A stretch of DNA of 54,112 nucleotides from a virus (Duplodnaviria; Caudoviricetes). A program made the position numbers and the translations under genes. The stretch covers positions 1-54,112 of IMG/VR virus record IMGVR_UViG_3300035704_000012. One strand, 5' to 3'. This document shows, piece after piece, positions 37,175 to 45,658 of this stretch; the stretch's first letter is position 1; each line of letters opens with the position of its first letter. A model generated the notes under the pieces. The model ran no database searches, was not told the origin of the DNA, and saw only the letters and a list, made by a program, of their open reading frames with translations.

Positions 37175-38397
37175 TGTCCTACTCCTGCGTGATCGGTTGT
37201 AGCTTCCTTGAGTACGTAGTATCTTGGTTTGATTTGGTACATTGTTTCAAGTGCGTATTGGTAGTCGCCGCCCTGGTTCTTGTCCAGGCACGGCTCCCTG
37301 TAGGCGCAAAAACCACAGGAGAAGCGCCCAGGTGACGGGTAAATCCGCGTAAGGGGATCTGTCATCTCGATCGCCTGAGCTAGGAGGTCAGCTTCGAAGT
37401 TGTTGAGCTGCGTAAGGGTACGACGGACTGTATGGTGCCTGATGAAGGTCGAGCCTTCGGTTCGCAGGTAGTTGATGAACTCGTCGTAGAGGCCTGCCTT
37501 GTAAGCGCCTGCGTCACGAGTGGAAACTGTGCGCATGTACGTGTCTACGTCGGTGTCTAGGTTCTTACTGACAGAGAACGACCTGCCTAGGCGTACGACC
37601 TTCATCTCTTCGGGCGGCTTAGGATAGCCCTTCTTCAGCTCGACGTAGATGAAGCCTCGTATCGCTAGACCCAGCTTTTTCCGAAGTGCCCAAATGTAGC
37701 CGGTGATCTGGTCGTCCAGCTCGAGGACGATGTCTGCATCCTCGTTCATCATCCGAGCTGTTGTCTTCCAGTCCAGGATCCAGTAGTTGCCGTGCTTGTC
37801 ACGTACGATGGCGTCGACTCGGCCTTCGTAGACGACAGGCAGCCCTGTCCAGTTCTCACGTCCTGGTGCATCTAGATTGATGGGCATATGAGACGTGGTC
37901 TTAGGTGCGTGGAAGCGGCAGAACTTCATCCAGCACTTGTCGCACGTGCACATGAGCTGCTGACCGTGCTCGTCGAGGACAGGAACCTGGAACTTCTCCT
38001 CGACGAAGACAGGTGTGTACTGGTCGAGTGGTAGGTGGTTCATCACGTACCAGTGAATCATGCCCCGGCCAAGTGCTAGCAGCTCGTCGTAGTTGCGTTC
38101 CTCGTCGTCGCTCAGGCCTCGTTCGTTCTCGAGGTTGAACTTCTTCCTCTGTGCCGAACAGGCATCGTAGAAGGCAGCCTCAGCGAACTGAGCGATGAGC
38201 ATACGCGGAGAACCCCATGTCTCGGGGTTGTACATCTTCTCCATGGCGTAGTGGTAAGCGATGCCGAACTCGAGGGGTACTGCTGTTCGAGTAGGCTGTA
38301 GGTCTTCTCCGAATGCCCAACTCCAGCGTCGACGACAGCCTCGGTAGGAGCGTAGCTCCGTAGTGTGAATCTCATGCACCAGGTCTATAGCCTGCAC
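37171..38397 (-). CDS. Cas4-like PD-(D/E)XK exonuclease
   Basis: CRRRW, GIAYH, GRVD, DWKT, QITGY and CGFCAYREPC motifs. Confidence 0.88.
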   Translation of the reverse strand: MQAIDLVHEIHTTELRSYRGCRRRWSWAFGEDLQPTRTAVPLEFGIAYHYAMEKMYNPETWGSPRMLIAQFAEAAFYDACSAQRKKFNLENERGLSDDEERNYDELLALGRGMIHWYVMNHLPLDQYTPVFVEEKFQVPVLDEHGQQLMCTCDKCWMKFCRFHAPKTTSHMPINLDAPGRENWTGLPVVYEGRVDAIVRDKHGNYWILDWKTTARMMNEDADIVLELDDQITGYIWALRKKLGLAIRGFIYVELKKGYPKPPEEMKVVRLGRSFSVSKNLDTDVDTYMRTVSTRDAGAYKAGLYDEFINYLRTEGSTFIRHHTVRRTLTQLNNFEADLLAQAIEMTDPLTRIYPSPGRFSCGFCAYREPCLDKNQGGDYQYALETMYQIKPRYYVLKEATTDHAGVGQ

Positions 38398-38433
38398 CTT
38401 CAGCTTACCTCCCTCTGAATTAAGCTGATACTT

Positions 38434-38470
38434 ATAGTATATAGTGGGTCATCGGTGAAACACAAGGGGG
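38434..38470 (-). promoter_or_regulatory. sigma70-like promoter for the replication operon
   Basis: Minus strand CCCTTGTGT-18 nt-TATACT; same layout as the promoters at ~48.2 and ~52.3 kb. Confidence 0.6.
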
Positions 38471-38485
38471 TTCATTTACCTTGTG

Positions 38486-38716
38486 TTACTTGTCCAGAGG
38501 ATTGACGACTTCCATGTTGTCGCCTAGGAAGAGCTTCCGCATCTTCCCTTCGAAGCGCTTAGCCGACTCCTCGTCGTCGAACTCAGTCTCCATGTTCACT
38601 TGGAACTTCGGCCTGTAGTACGGGTCCGTCCAGGGGTGCGTTGGGTACGAGCTGATCAGGACTAGCGATTGTGATACTAGTCCCGTCAGTGGCTCCCTCG
38701 GGTTCGGTATTGGCAT
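38486..38716 (-). CDS. Hypothetical protein
   Basis: RBS AAGGAG; coding-like codon usage. Confidence 0.55.
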   Translation of the reverse strand: MPIPNPREPLTGLVSQSLVLISSYPTHPWTDPYYRPKFQVNMETEFDDEESAKRFEGKMRKLFLGDNMEVVNPLDK

Positions 38717-39164
38717 TGCGTCGCTCCTTGATCTCGTTGAGTAGGTTGTTGCATCCGATTCCAATGAGCATGTTCTGGATGAAGCGATGAACTACGTAGT
38801 AGTTAGGACGCTTGCACTTCGTATGAATGAGCCAGCCGAAGCGCTCGGTCTTGTGCCACTGGCCGATCGAGGCGACGTACTCCTCACGTTGGGGACCGTC
38901 TTGGAACTTGCCCATGCCACGCGTCTTCTTGCGCTGGTTGTTTAGCCTTGCCCACTCGGTCATGCCGACGATACGGCAGCGACACGACACAGTAGGCCGA
39001 GCGATCACGGCCTCGACCGTAGCGTAAGCGGAAGCGACGATACCTACGGTGTTAGGACGAGTTGTCCGATGACGCCAGTTGTCACTCTGCGCCTCTAGCA
39101 GCGCCGTGGTGAACTGCTCAGCAGCGTCGTTGTCGTCGAAGGACAGTACTACTATCCTAGCCAT
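38583..39164 (-). CDS. Hypothetical protein (possible Zn-binding)
   Basis: RBS GGAGG; CRC and H..C motifs. Confidence 0.65.
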   Translation of the reverse strand: MARIVVLSFDDNDAAEQFTTALLEAQSDNWRHRTTRPNTVGIVASAYATVEAVIARPTVSCRCRIVGMTEWARLNNQRKKTRGMGKFQDGPQREEYVASIGQWHKTERFGWLIHTKCKRPNYYVVHRFIQNMLIGIGCNNLLNEIKERRNANTEPEGATDGTSITIASPDQLVPNAPLDGPVLQAEVPSEHGD

Positions 39165-39324
39165 CCTTCGCCTCCACTAGGTCTCCTTCCCAGCGCTTGC
39201 CGTTGAGCCAGATGATGCAGCGACGCTTGCGCACATCATCCCAGTAGCCTGAGATTTCGCCGAGGTGTACTTCCATGGCAGGAGTATCCTCGGTCTCCCG
39301 TGTCACGTGGTCATCCTTCGGCAT
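39157..39324 (-). CDS. Small hypothetical protein (55 aa, not in the ORF track)
   Basis: MPKDDHVTRETEDTPAMEVHLGEISGYWDDVRKRRCIIWLNGKRWEGDLVEAKDG fills the gap exactly; its ATG overlaps an upstream in-frame TTA. Confidence 0.6.
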   Translation of the reverse strand: MPKDDHVTRETEDTPAMEVHLGEISGYWDDVRKRRCIIWLNGKRWEGDLVEAKDG

Positions 39325-39536
39325 AACGCAGCGCCGCCCTGGTTAAGTACGTGTTCGTAGCCGTCCTGGAAGATGAGGTGCCTCGTCTTCGAGTCGCACT
39401 GCTCAGCTGCTGGATGGTAGTGAACCTGGACAGCGTCGCCGTCTGGGTTCCACTTCGGGTGCCTCTTCGACTTGTCTCTGGCCTGTGCTATGACGACCTT
39501 CTCGTCTAGCGTGGGACTGACGTATGCGTGATTCAT
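39303..39536 (-). CDS. Hypothetical protein
   Basis: ATGA-coupled start (MNHAYVS). Confidence 0.65.
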   Translation of the reverse strand: MNHAYVSPTLDEKVVIAQARDKSKRHPKWNPDGDAVQVHYHPAAEQCDSKTRHLIFQDGYEHVLNQGGAALCRRMTT

Positions 39537-40018
39537 GATGACCTCGCAGTCTTGTAAGCGGCCCAGACCATCTTGCAGAAGATCCGAGTACGGCGCCAGT
39601 GTCGACGTCCGAGCTTGATGGCCTCGAGGTTCCATGCCGTATCGATCTTGTCGAAGCGTTCGAAGTACTCGTCCTCGATGAAGATCGGAGGCTCGTCGAT
39701 CTTGATCGCACGCATCGGACCCGTCTCGGCGACGCTGAAGGTCGCGATGGGCTGAAGGGGAGGAGGTGTACCCAGAGCGTAGGCTTCCACCTGCTCGTGA
39801 ATACGTGTGTCATGCTCGACATGGTCGGACCGGAAGGTGAAGACGTGCTGCTCCACACGGGTGAGTTCGATGACCTCTTGGTAAAGATGGCCCTGTAGCT
39901 CCGTGACCGTCTCGGAGATACCTTCCCAGTGAGTCAGGAGGTTGGCGAACTCGGGTGAGTCGGCGACGTCGATTTCGATCGGGTAGTCGGCGTCGAGAGG
40001 ACAGAGTGTCGTAGTCAT
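39533..40018 (-). CDS. Hypothetical protein
   Basis: Operon-embedded, coding-like codon usage. Confidence 0.65.
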   Translation of the reverse strand: MTTTLCPLDADYPIEIDVADSPEFANLLTHWEGISETVTELQGHLYQEVIELTRVEQHVFTFRSDHVEHDTRIHEQVEAYALGTPPPLQPIATFSVAETGPMRAIKIDEPPIFIEDEYFERFDKIDTAWNLEAIKLGRRHWRRTRIFCKMVWAAYKTARSS

Positions 40019-40019
40019 G

Positions 40020-40358
40020 TCAGCCCTTTCCGTTGAGTTTATTCTTCTGTGCGACCATTGAGCGGAGGGCCTCGCAGCCGTTGGCGATGGCGTCGTTGAC
40101 CTGATCCTGAGTGGCGTAAGGGTTGGAGATCATCGTCAGATGACTGACGTTGTTGGCGAAGAGCGACTGACCGAGATCAGGAATGCACGCTGCCTGGTAG
40201 TACAGCCCCCAGGACCACGTCATGCCTGTTTCGGTCTGTGTCAACGCACTGATGAACGACGTCGCCACGATACGAAGGCCGAAGCTCTGCGTCGTGATAG
40301 CCTCCATGAACATCGGCTTGAGGCGCTCGTCGATGTCGAAGTGGTCTGTGCCGATCAT
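40020..40358 (-). CDS. Hypothetical protein
   Basis: RBS AGGAG; operon-embedded. Confidence 0.65.
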   Translation of the reverse strand: MIGTDHFDIDERLKPMFMEAITTQSFGLRIVATSFISALTQTETGMTWSWGLYYQAACIPDLGQSLFANNVSHLTMISNPYATQDQVNDAIANGCEALRSMVAQKNKLNGKG

Positions 40359-40359
40359 G

Positions 40360-41883
40360 TCAACTCCTGAATATTGAGAGGGCGTCGTGTACAGCTTCGC
40401 CTACACCGTCTGAACTGAGATAGGCTGCCCTGTTCTCCAGGGGAACCTTGTCGCTAAGGATAAGCGCCAGCATCTTCAGCGCCTGCTCCTTGCCGGCTAT
40501 CTTCTGGGATCGACCGAGGTCTACGGTGTCTCGGGCGATGATGTCGATGACCTGTACCGGGTGACCCTGACCGATACGATGCACTCGTTTCTCCGCCTGG
40601 CGGTTCCTGTTCGGATTCCAAGCACGGTCAAAGAATACGACAGTGTGGGCGCGATGAAGTGTGATACTTTCCCCTCCAGCCGCAATCGTCCCGCAGAGAA
40701 CTTGTATGTCACCCGCCTGGAACTGCGCTTCGTAACGGTCTCGGTCGTGCTGAGACACAGTACCAGTGTACGGCCGAGCGACAATTCCTCGAGCCTCAAG
40801 ACGCCGTACAGCAAGATGACTCATACCTCTCGACTGGCTGAAGACCACCAGTGACTCGTCAGGGTTACCGTCAACGATCTCCTCCAGGTCGTCGAGCTTG
40901 ACTGATGGATCGATCAGCGTCACCTTGCCGTCGGCATCGAAGTCGAGAGTGGCCAAGGCGAACTGCTGAAGGCGTACGAGCTGGGCGACGATGGCACCTG
41001 CCGTGAGAGGTGTTTCCTGGTGCTCTCCGACCCAGGCGATCATGTCCTTACGCATCTGGTCGTAGGCCTTACGCTGCTTAGGCGGAAGCGTGACGAAGCG
41101 CTCGGTCCACGTCATGTCGGGTAGATCGATGCCGACGTCCTCGACCTGACGTGATAGGTAGTTCGGACGGATAGCCTTCAGCATCAGGTTTGCACCCTCG
41201 ATGTTGACGCCGACGATCTTCTTGAACGACCTGCCATACTTGGCCTTCTGGAGACCTTCGTCTTCGAACACGCAGCACGCGTTGACGAACTTCCAGTACG
41301 ACTTGAACGTCTTGGGCCAGAGCCAGTTCAGTACTGACCAGATGTCCTGCGGCTTGTCGTCGGCAGGTGTTCCACTGATGCCCGTCTTGTACTTCGTCGG
41401 AAGTGCCTTCAGAGCTCGCGTCTGCTGGGCAGTGCGGTTCTTGACCCTGTGGACTTCATCACACATGATGTGGAACCACTCGACCTGCTTGAGCAGGTCA
41501 CGCATGATGCGGAGGCCTTCGTAGTGAATGATGATGTACTGAGGCCACGGTACGAAGCCGCTCTTGGCTGAGTCGATGTCCGCTTCCAGAACATGACGCT
41601 TCTTACGATCGACGATCCAGACCGTCGCTCTGGGCTCGTAGGCCATGATCGTCATGTACCAGGTGTTCCAGTGCGAACCCGAAGGCGCGACGATCAGAGT
41701 AGGCCCGCCACCGTTGACTAGGCGTAGCTCACGATCACGAGCGACTGCTGACCAGGTCTTGCCAAGGCCCATTCCGTCGGCGAGGAGGACGGAAGGAAGT
41801 CCTGGTTCGCCTTCGGGATTGAACTTGTCGACTCCTGTCTGCTGGAACTTGTAAAGCAGTTCCCACGATGAATGTCTTGTCAT
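40360..41883 (-). CDS. SNF2-family helicase
   Basis: DGMGLGKT, DEVH, SGTP, VFSQ and QAEKRVHRIGQ motifs. Confidence 0.92.
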   Translation of the reverse strand: MTRHSSWELLYKFQQTGVDKFNPEGEPGLPSVLLADGMGLGKTWSAVARDRELRLVNGGGPTLIVAPSGSHWNTWYMTIMAYEPRATVWIVDRKKRHVLEADIDSAKSGFVPWPQYIIIHYEGLRIMRDLLKQVEWFHIMCDEVHRVKNRTAQQTRALKALPTKYKTGISGTPADDKPQDIWSVLNWLWPKTFKSYWKFVNACCVFEDEGLQKAKYGRSFKKIVGVNIEGANLMLKAIRPNYLSRQVEDVGIDLPDMTWTERFVTLPPKQRKAYDQMRKDMIAWVGEHQETPLTAGAIVAQLVRLQQFALATLDFDADGKVTLIDPSVKLDDLEEIVDGNPDESLVVFSQSRGMSHLAVRRLEARGIVARPYTGTVSQHDRDRYEAQFQAGDIQVLCGTIAAGGESITLHRAHTVVFFDRAWNPNRNRQAEKRVHRIGQGHPVQVIDIIARDTVDLGRSQKIAGKEQALKMLALILSDKVPLENRAAYLSSDGVGEAVHDALSIFRS

Positions 41884-42152
41884 TGCCCTTCCCTCTCAGG
41901 CAGTTGACCGATGACTTGTCCTGTCACTGGACATAGCCACATAAATACGAACTTCCCTTCGTGCAACTCGTAGGTCATACCGCACTTGTCTTTGCCGTTG
42001 TACGGATGTCGAATGTGACAGTTACTGCACCACGCTCCTGCTCCTACGTCTTGGAGAGTCGGTGGCTGCCACTCCTTGCCCACTACGGACCGTTTCCGGC
42101 GTCGCCATCTTCGTGGCGCGACGTACCTTCGCCTCCAGCTTTCGCCGTTCAA
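41880..42152 (-). CDS. Cys-containing hypothetical protein (start uncertain)
   Basis: CSNC and CPVT motifs; ATGA-coupled to the helicase. Confidence 0.45.
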   Translation of the reverse strand: MNGESWRRRYVAPRRWRRRKRSVVGKEWQPPTLQDVGAGAWCSNCHIRHPYNGKDKCGMTYELHEGKFVFMWLCPVTGQVIGQLPEREGQ

Positions 42153-42218
42153 CTATGCACCTCTTATGCCCTCTGTGATGCCTTCCATGGTAGATTGCAT
42201 CCTTCATGTCACAGATCA

Positions 42219-42392
42219 TTAGTCCTCGCTCTCGAGCAGGAACAGGCCGTTCTTCTGATCCGGCTCTATGCCCTTGATGCCTGTCCAACGTCCTGCTACG
42301 TTCAGCATGATGCTTGTGTCCTCATCAAGCCATTCGTCATCTGCTAGGACCTTGTTAAGGTAATTGATAAGGTCCCCTATTGTCCTGATCAT
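42219..42392 (-). CDS. Small hypothetical protein
   Basis: RBS AAGGAG; TIGDLINYL motif. Confidence 0.65.
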   Translation of the reverse strand: MIRTIGDLINYLNKVLADDEWLDEDTSIMLNVAGRWTGIKGIEPDQKNGLFLLESED

Positions 42393-42493
42393 CGTATCTC
42401 CTTTCACCGTCGTACAAGGACCTGGTAGCGGTGCTTGGGATCTCGGCCTTGTACGACGGTGACTTGAGATGCGGTCAAGTCACTTCCCGTTGG

Positions 42494-42553
42494 CTAGCGA
42501 AGGACCCGAAGCCTTCGCAACTGGTACCGACCAGCTAGCATCAGTTTCCGCAT
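42494..42553 (-). CDS. Candidate 19-aa basic micropeptide MRKLMLAGRYQLRRLRVLR
   Basis: Preceded by a very strong RBS (GGAGGAGGT) and flanked by two conserved hairpins. Confidence 0.4.
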   Translation of the reverse strand: MRKLMLAGRYQLRRLRVLR

Positions 42554-42651
42554 ATTGCACCTCCTCCACTCAAGGCCCTGCTCAGGCGCTACTTGCTCGT
42601 TCTGGACGCCGACTTAACGACGCTACCTACCTGAGCAGGACGTTCAGGGGA

Positions 42652-43287
42652 CTAGGCTGGCGGGTAGTACTTGAAGCAGAGCGCGATCTGCTTGTTCAGG
42701 TACATGTGACTACCGTTCACCCAGTGATCATCAGGACCGAGGTACCCGCTGGTAGCGCCCGTCCAGTGCGCGTTCCGGAAGTAGTACTGTCCTGACGGGC
42801 AGGTACCCTGTCCGACGAACGTGAAGTCAACTCCCCAGCCTTCGCCCACGCCGTTGCTGCCGCAACTGTCCAGGCTCGTACGGGCGTCGTTAGGATCGTT
42901 GTTAGCGTCTCCGACGCAACGGCCAGCCCACGCGCCGCCGCCCGTGAACTCCAGGGCGAGGTTAGTGGAAGGCGAAAGTCGGATTGTCGTGAAGTCGCCG
43001 TTAGACGGGCCGGGGCACCCGTTGTACGAGTTGACCCAGGGACCTCCGCTCCATGCGTTGATCTGTGCTTGTCCGTAGCACCAGCGGTTGCCTGTACCCA
43101 CGGTCCGCTGGAGGTGGATCATCTTGCCGGTCTTCACGTTGACAGCTGTGTCGGTCATACTGAACCGACCGCCGTTCAGGTTGGGACTAGCACTGGCTGT
43201 ACCAGTCACACCAGCTACGGTACCTGCCGTAGCGAGCAGCGTCGCAGCGCCTGCGATACCCAGCGCTACCCTTCTGGAAATGTGCAT
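42652..43287 (-). CDS. Secreted ricin-B-like (beta-trefoil) protein
   Basis: Signal peptide (SRR, hydrophobic core, ASA); RCVGD...LDSC...W Cys-pair pattern. Confidence 0.6.
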   Translation of the reverse strand: MHISRRVALGIAGAATLLATAGTVAGVTGTASASPNLNGGRFSMTDTAVNVKTGKMIHLQRTVGTGNRWCYGQAQINAWSGGPWVNSYNGCPGPSNGDFTTIRLSPSTNLALEFTGGGAWAGRCVGDANNDPNDARTSLDSCGSNGVGEGWGVDFTFVGQGTCPSGQYYFRNAHWTGATSGYLGPDDHWVNGSHMYLNKQIALCFKYYPPA

Positions 43288-43374
43288 ATACATCTCCCTC
43301 AGAGGTCTACGGTCCATCCGTAGTCCCTCGGCGCCAGCCCCAGTACCCTGCGCACTGGGGCTGACACTCAGGGG

Positions 43375-43650
43375 CTAGCCCAGGCCGCCGAGCAGAGTCA
43401 CTGTGACTTGCTTGCTCACAGCGTTCTGCACGGACCAGTTGTCAGGCGAGGCACTGGTCACCCAGCACCGCACCTTGACGGACTTCTGTCCTGTGACCTG
43501 CGCCGAAGCGCTGACCAGGCCGGTGTCGCCGCCCACCTGCGGGGCGTTCACGGAGACCATCACCTTGTCGATCGGGTTGTCGAACGAGAAGTTGAAGTTG
43601 CCGCTGCTGTCGGTTGTGGCCGTGACTTCGACCATCTGGTAGGTGGTCAT
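43375..43650 (-). CDS. Small beta-rich hypothetical protein
   Basis: ATGA-coupled to the upstream lectin gene. Confidence 0.65.
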   Translation of the reverse strand: MTTYQMVEVTATTDSSGNFNFSFDNPIDKVMVSVNAPQVGGDTGLVSASAQVTGQKSVKVRCWVTSASPDNWSVQNAVSKQVTVTLLGGLG

Positions 43651-44258
43651 GAGGTAGCCGGAGCCTGAACGAACGTCCAGAGCTGCGACTCAGCGCCAGT
43701 GGGCTGGTTGTTGTTGACGTTGCCGACCGAGCCGTCCTTCACGTCGGTCAGCTGGACGCGAAGACCGTTGTCGGTGATGAACTGGTTCGAGGCCATGTTC
43801 CGCCAGGAGTAGTAACTGGTGTCACCGTTCTGGATGGGCGTCCAGGTCTGGAACCTCGAGCCGTTGCACGGCCGCAGAACGAGCAGGTCGGTCGCGCCAT
43901 AGCCAGGGCCGGGGTCAGACAGGCACAGACCGGAGGGCACGTTGTTCGGAGCGTACTTGAACTCCTTGATCTGGGCGCTGAGGTTGGCAGTCGGACCGTT
44001 CGACGGGTGGTCCGCGATGATGTCAGTCGCCTTGTCGACGCCGTTGGTGTACGCGATGACCTTGTTGTTGCTCTTGGCTACCTGGTGGAGCACGTCGAAC
44101 ACGAGACCGTCGTGGAAGTTGGCCTGGTTACCGCAGAAGCCGTTGGCGACACATGTGGTAGTGCTCGCGCTCGCAGGGAGGGTCGTGATGCCCACCGCAG
44201 CGAAAGCGCCAAGCACCAGCGGCACAAACGTACGTACCACCTTCTTGATGCTATTCAT
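43647..44258 (-). CDS. Secreted ricin-B lectin-like protein
   Basis: Signal peptide ending in ASA; GLCLSD, LRPCNGSRFQTW and SQLW (QxW) motifs. Confidence 0.72.
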   Translation of the reverse strand: MNSIKKVVRTFVPLVLGAFAAVGITTLPASASTTTCVANGFCGNQANFHDGLVFDVLHQVAKSNNKVIAYTNGVDKATDIIADHPSNGPTANLSAQIKEFKYAPNNVPSGLCLSDPGPGYGATDLLVLRPCNGSRFQTWTPIQNGDTSYYSWRNMASNQFITDNGLRVQLTDVKDGSVGNVNNNQPTGAESQLWTFVQAPATS

Positions 44259-44360
44259 TTGGACCCTTTCGGGTTGGGAGACGCACCTATTGTGCGACCT
44301 CTCAAGGTCCGGCTGGTACCGATCGGTCCTATCCCCAGTACCAGCCGGACGTTCAGGGGC

Positions 44361-44684
44361 CTACCTCAGGCGTCCTTGGCGGGACAGCGCGTACCCTTCA
44401 TGCCTGTCCACCTGCACAGCATGACGTGATGTCCGCCACCGCAGTGAGGCCTGAGCGGGTTGATCCGGTAGATTGCGATCAGGATGTTCAGCATGGAACT
44501 CTTCTTCTTTCCGAGAGGGCAAGCCCACGGATTGGGGTTTGCAGGGTAGCCCTTGGGCTGTTTGAACACTTCCAAGATGCACCTTTGCTCCGTTGTGTCC
44601 GTTCTTTGCGCAGTCACAGTTGCCTGTGCATTCGTAGTGGATGCCCTTGTTACAGGGTCCGCAGTTCTGAACCCAGGTCGCCAT
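44361..44684 (-). CDS. Cys-rich hypothetical protein
   Basis: TAATG-coupled; CGPC..H..C...CDC motif. Confidence 0.45.
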   Translation of the reverse strand: MATWVQNCGPCNKGIHYECTGNCDCAKNGHNGAKVHLGSVQTAQGLPCKPQSVGLPSRKEEEFHAEHPDRNLPDQPAQASLRWRTSRHAVQVDRHEGYALSRQGRLR

Positions 44685-44785
44685 TACTTGCCCTTGCCCC
44701 CCTTCTCGTGTGCGCCACCGCCCTTGCTTTCCTTGCTGTCAGCACCCTTGCTGTCGCCGTGCTTTCCGTACCGAACTGTCTCCAT
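44684..44785 (-). CDS. 33-aa Gly/Lys-rich peptide
   Basis: RBS GAGGA; METVRYGKHGDSKGADSKESKGGGAHEKGGKGK; TAATG overlap with the next gene. Confidence 0.45.
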   Translation of the reverse strand: METVRYGKHGDSKGADSKESKGGGAHEKGGKGK

Positions 44786-44899
44786 TACATCCTCTTCCCG
44801 CACCAGTTACAGACCGATACTAGAATGGGCTTACCGTCCTGAATGATCGTGTCGTTGACTGGCTCGTGTTGTCCGTTAGGTGAACTACTGCATGGTCCC

Positions 44900-45091
44900 T
44901 TAGACATTTTTCACTTTCCCTGTCCCGTCACATCGGATGCAGTTGTTACCTCGTTTGTTCTTGCCTGTGCCACCGCACCACGAACATGTACGTGTACGTG
45001 TACCTTTCGCTGGACGTCCTGCACGTTTACCTGTGTAGGATGGACAGCCTGGAAAGTGTCCTCTCTTCGCGCCGCACTTGCCGCACGCCAT
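44900..45091 (-). CDS. DnaJ-type zinc-finger small protein
   Basis: CSWCGGTG and CIRCDGTG repeats. Confidence 0.7.
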   Translation of the reverse strand: MACGKCGAKRGHFPGCPSYTGKRAGRPAKGTRTRTCSWCGGTGKNKRGNNCIRCDGTGKVKNV

Positions 45092-45142
45092 TATGCACCT
45101 GGTGGTAGTAGCCCTGCTTCACGCGCGGCCTGCACAGGATCG

Positions 45143-45439
45143 CTAAGATCCACAGGGCCTCTGAGCCGCTGCTTCCTCGGCTACTCTGGCTTCGCGCGCA
45201 AGTCGACGCTGCTTGTCGTACTCTTCCTGTGTAGCGTCGTTGAACTCCTCAGAGAGGTAGATGTCGTCATTATCTACCTTGAGCACTCCGTGCCAGTGAA
45301 CGACCTGCTCGTACTCGTCGTCCCAGAACCCGAAGGGCTTGTCAAGACTCCTCGGGTCCTCCAGCTCCATTGCGTGGAGCAGGTTCAGTAGGTCCCTCGC
45401 GGTGGGTTGCGAGCTTGCCGATTGAACGGAAGTAGCCAT
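45143..45439 (-). CDS. Hypothetical protein
   Basis: RBS GGAGG. Confidence 0.6.
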   Translation of the reverse strand: MATSVQSASSQPTARDLLNLLHAMELEDPRSLDKPFGFWDDEYEQVVHWHGVLKVDNDDIYLSEEFNDATQEEYDKQRRLAREARVAEEAAAQRPCGS

Positions 45440-45629
45440 CTGCTTCCTCCTTCCTGACTACTCGTCGTCCGCATTCGCACCTGAATGCTACTATGTGTCC
45501 GGCCTTGATATGGTAGTATACGAGCTGAGGTGCCATGCCCCTTAGATGTCCGTAGTTCACTGGGGTGATACACGGAGCATCCTCTTCTTCGTCCGCCATC
45601 ATCTGCTTGATGGTCTCGTCGATGTTCAT
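45342..45629 (-). CDS. Excisionase/MerR-like HTH DNA-binding protein
   Basis: ITPVNYGHLRGMAPQLVYYHIKAGHI...GRRVV pattern. Confidence 0.6.
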   Translation of the reverse strand: MNIDETIKQMMADEEEDAPCITPVNYGHLRGMAPQLVYYHIKAGHIVAFRCECGRRVVRKEEADGYFRSIGKLATHREGPTEPAPRNGAGGPEES

Positions 45630-45658
45630 AGCTCTTCTTCTAACGCTTGCTCTCTAGC

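Noticed and set aside
37171-38397. CRISPR-associated role for the Cas4-like gene
   Set aside because: Sits in a standard exonuclease-Sak4-SSB recombination module; no cas genes or array.
42566-42650. Integron attC or hammerhead ribozyme identity for hairpin family A
   Set aside because: Ends deviate from RYYYAAC/GTTRRRY and no IntI is present. CUGAAC lacks the CUGANGA/GAAA hammerhead core.
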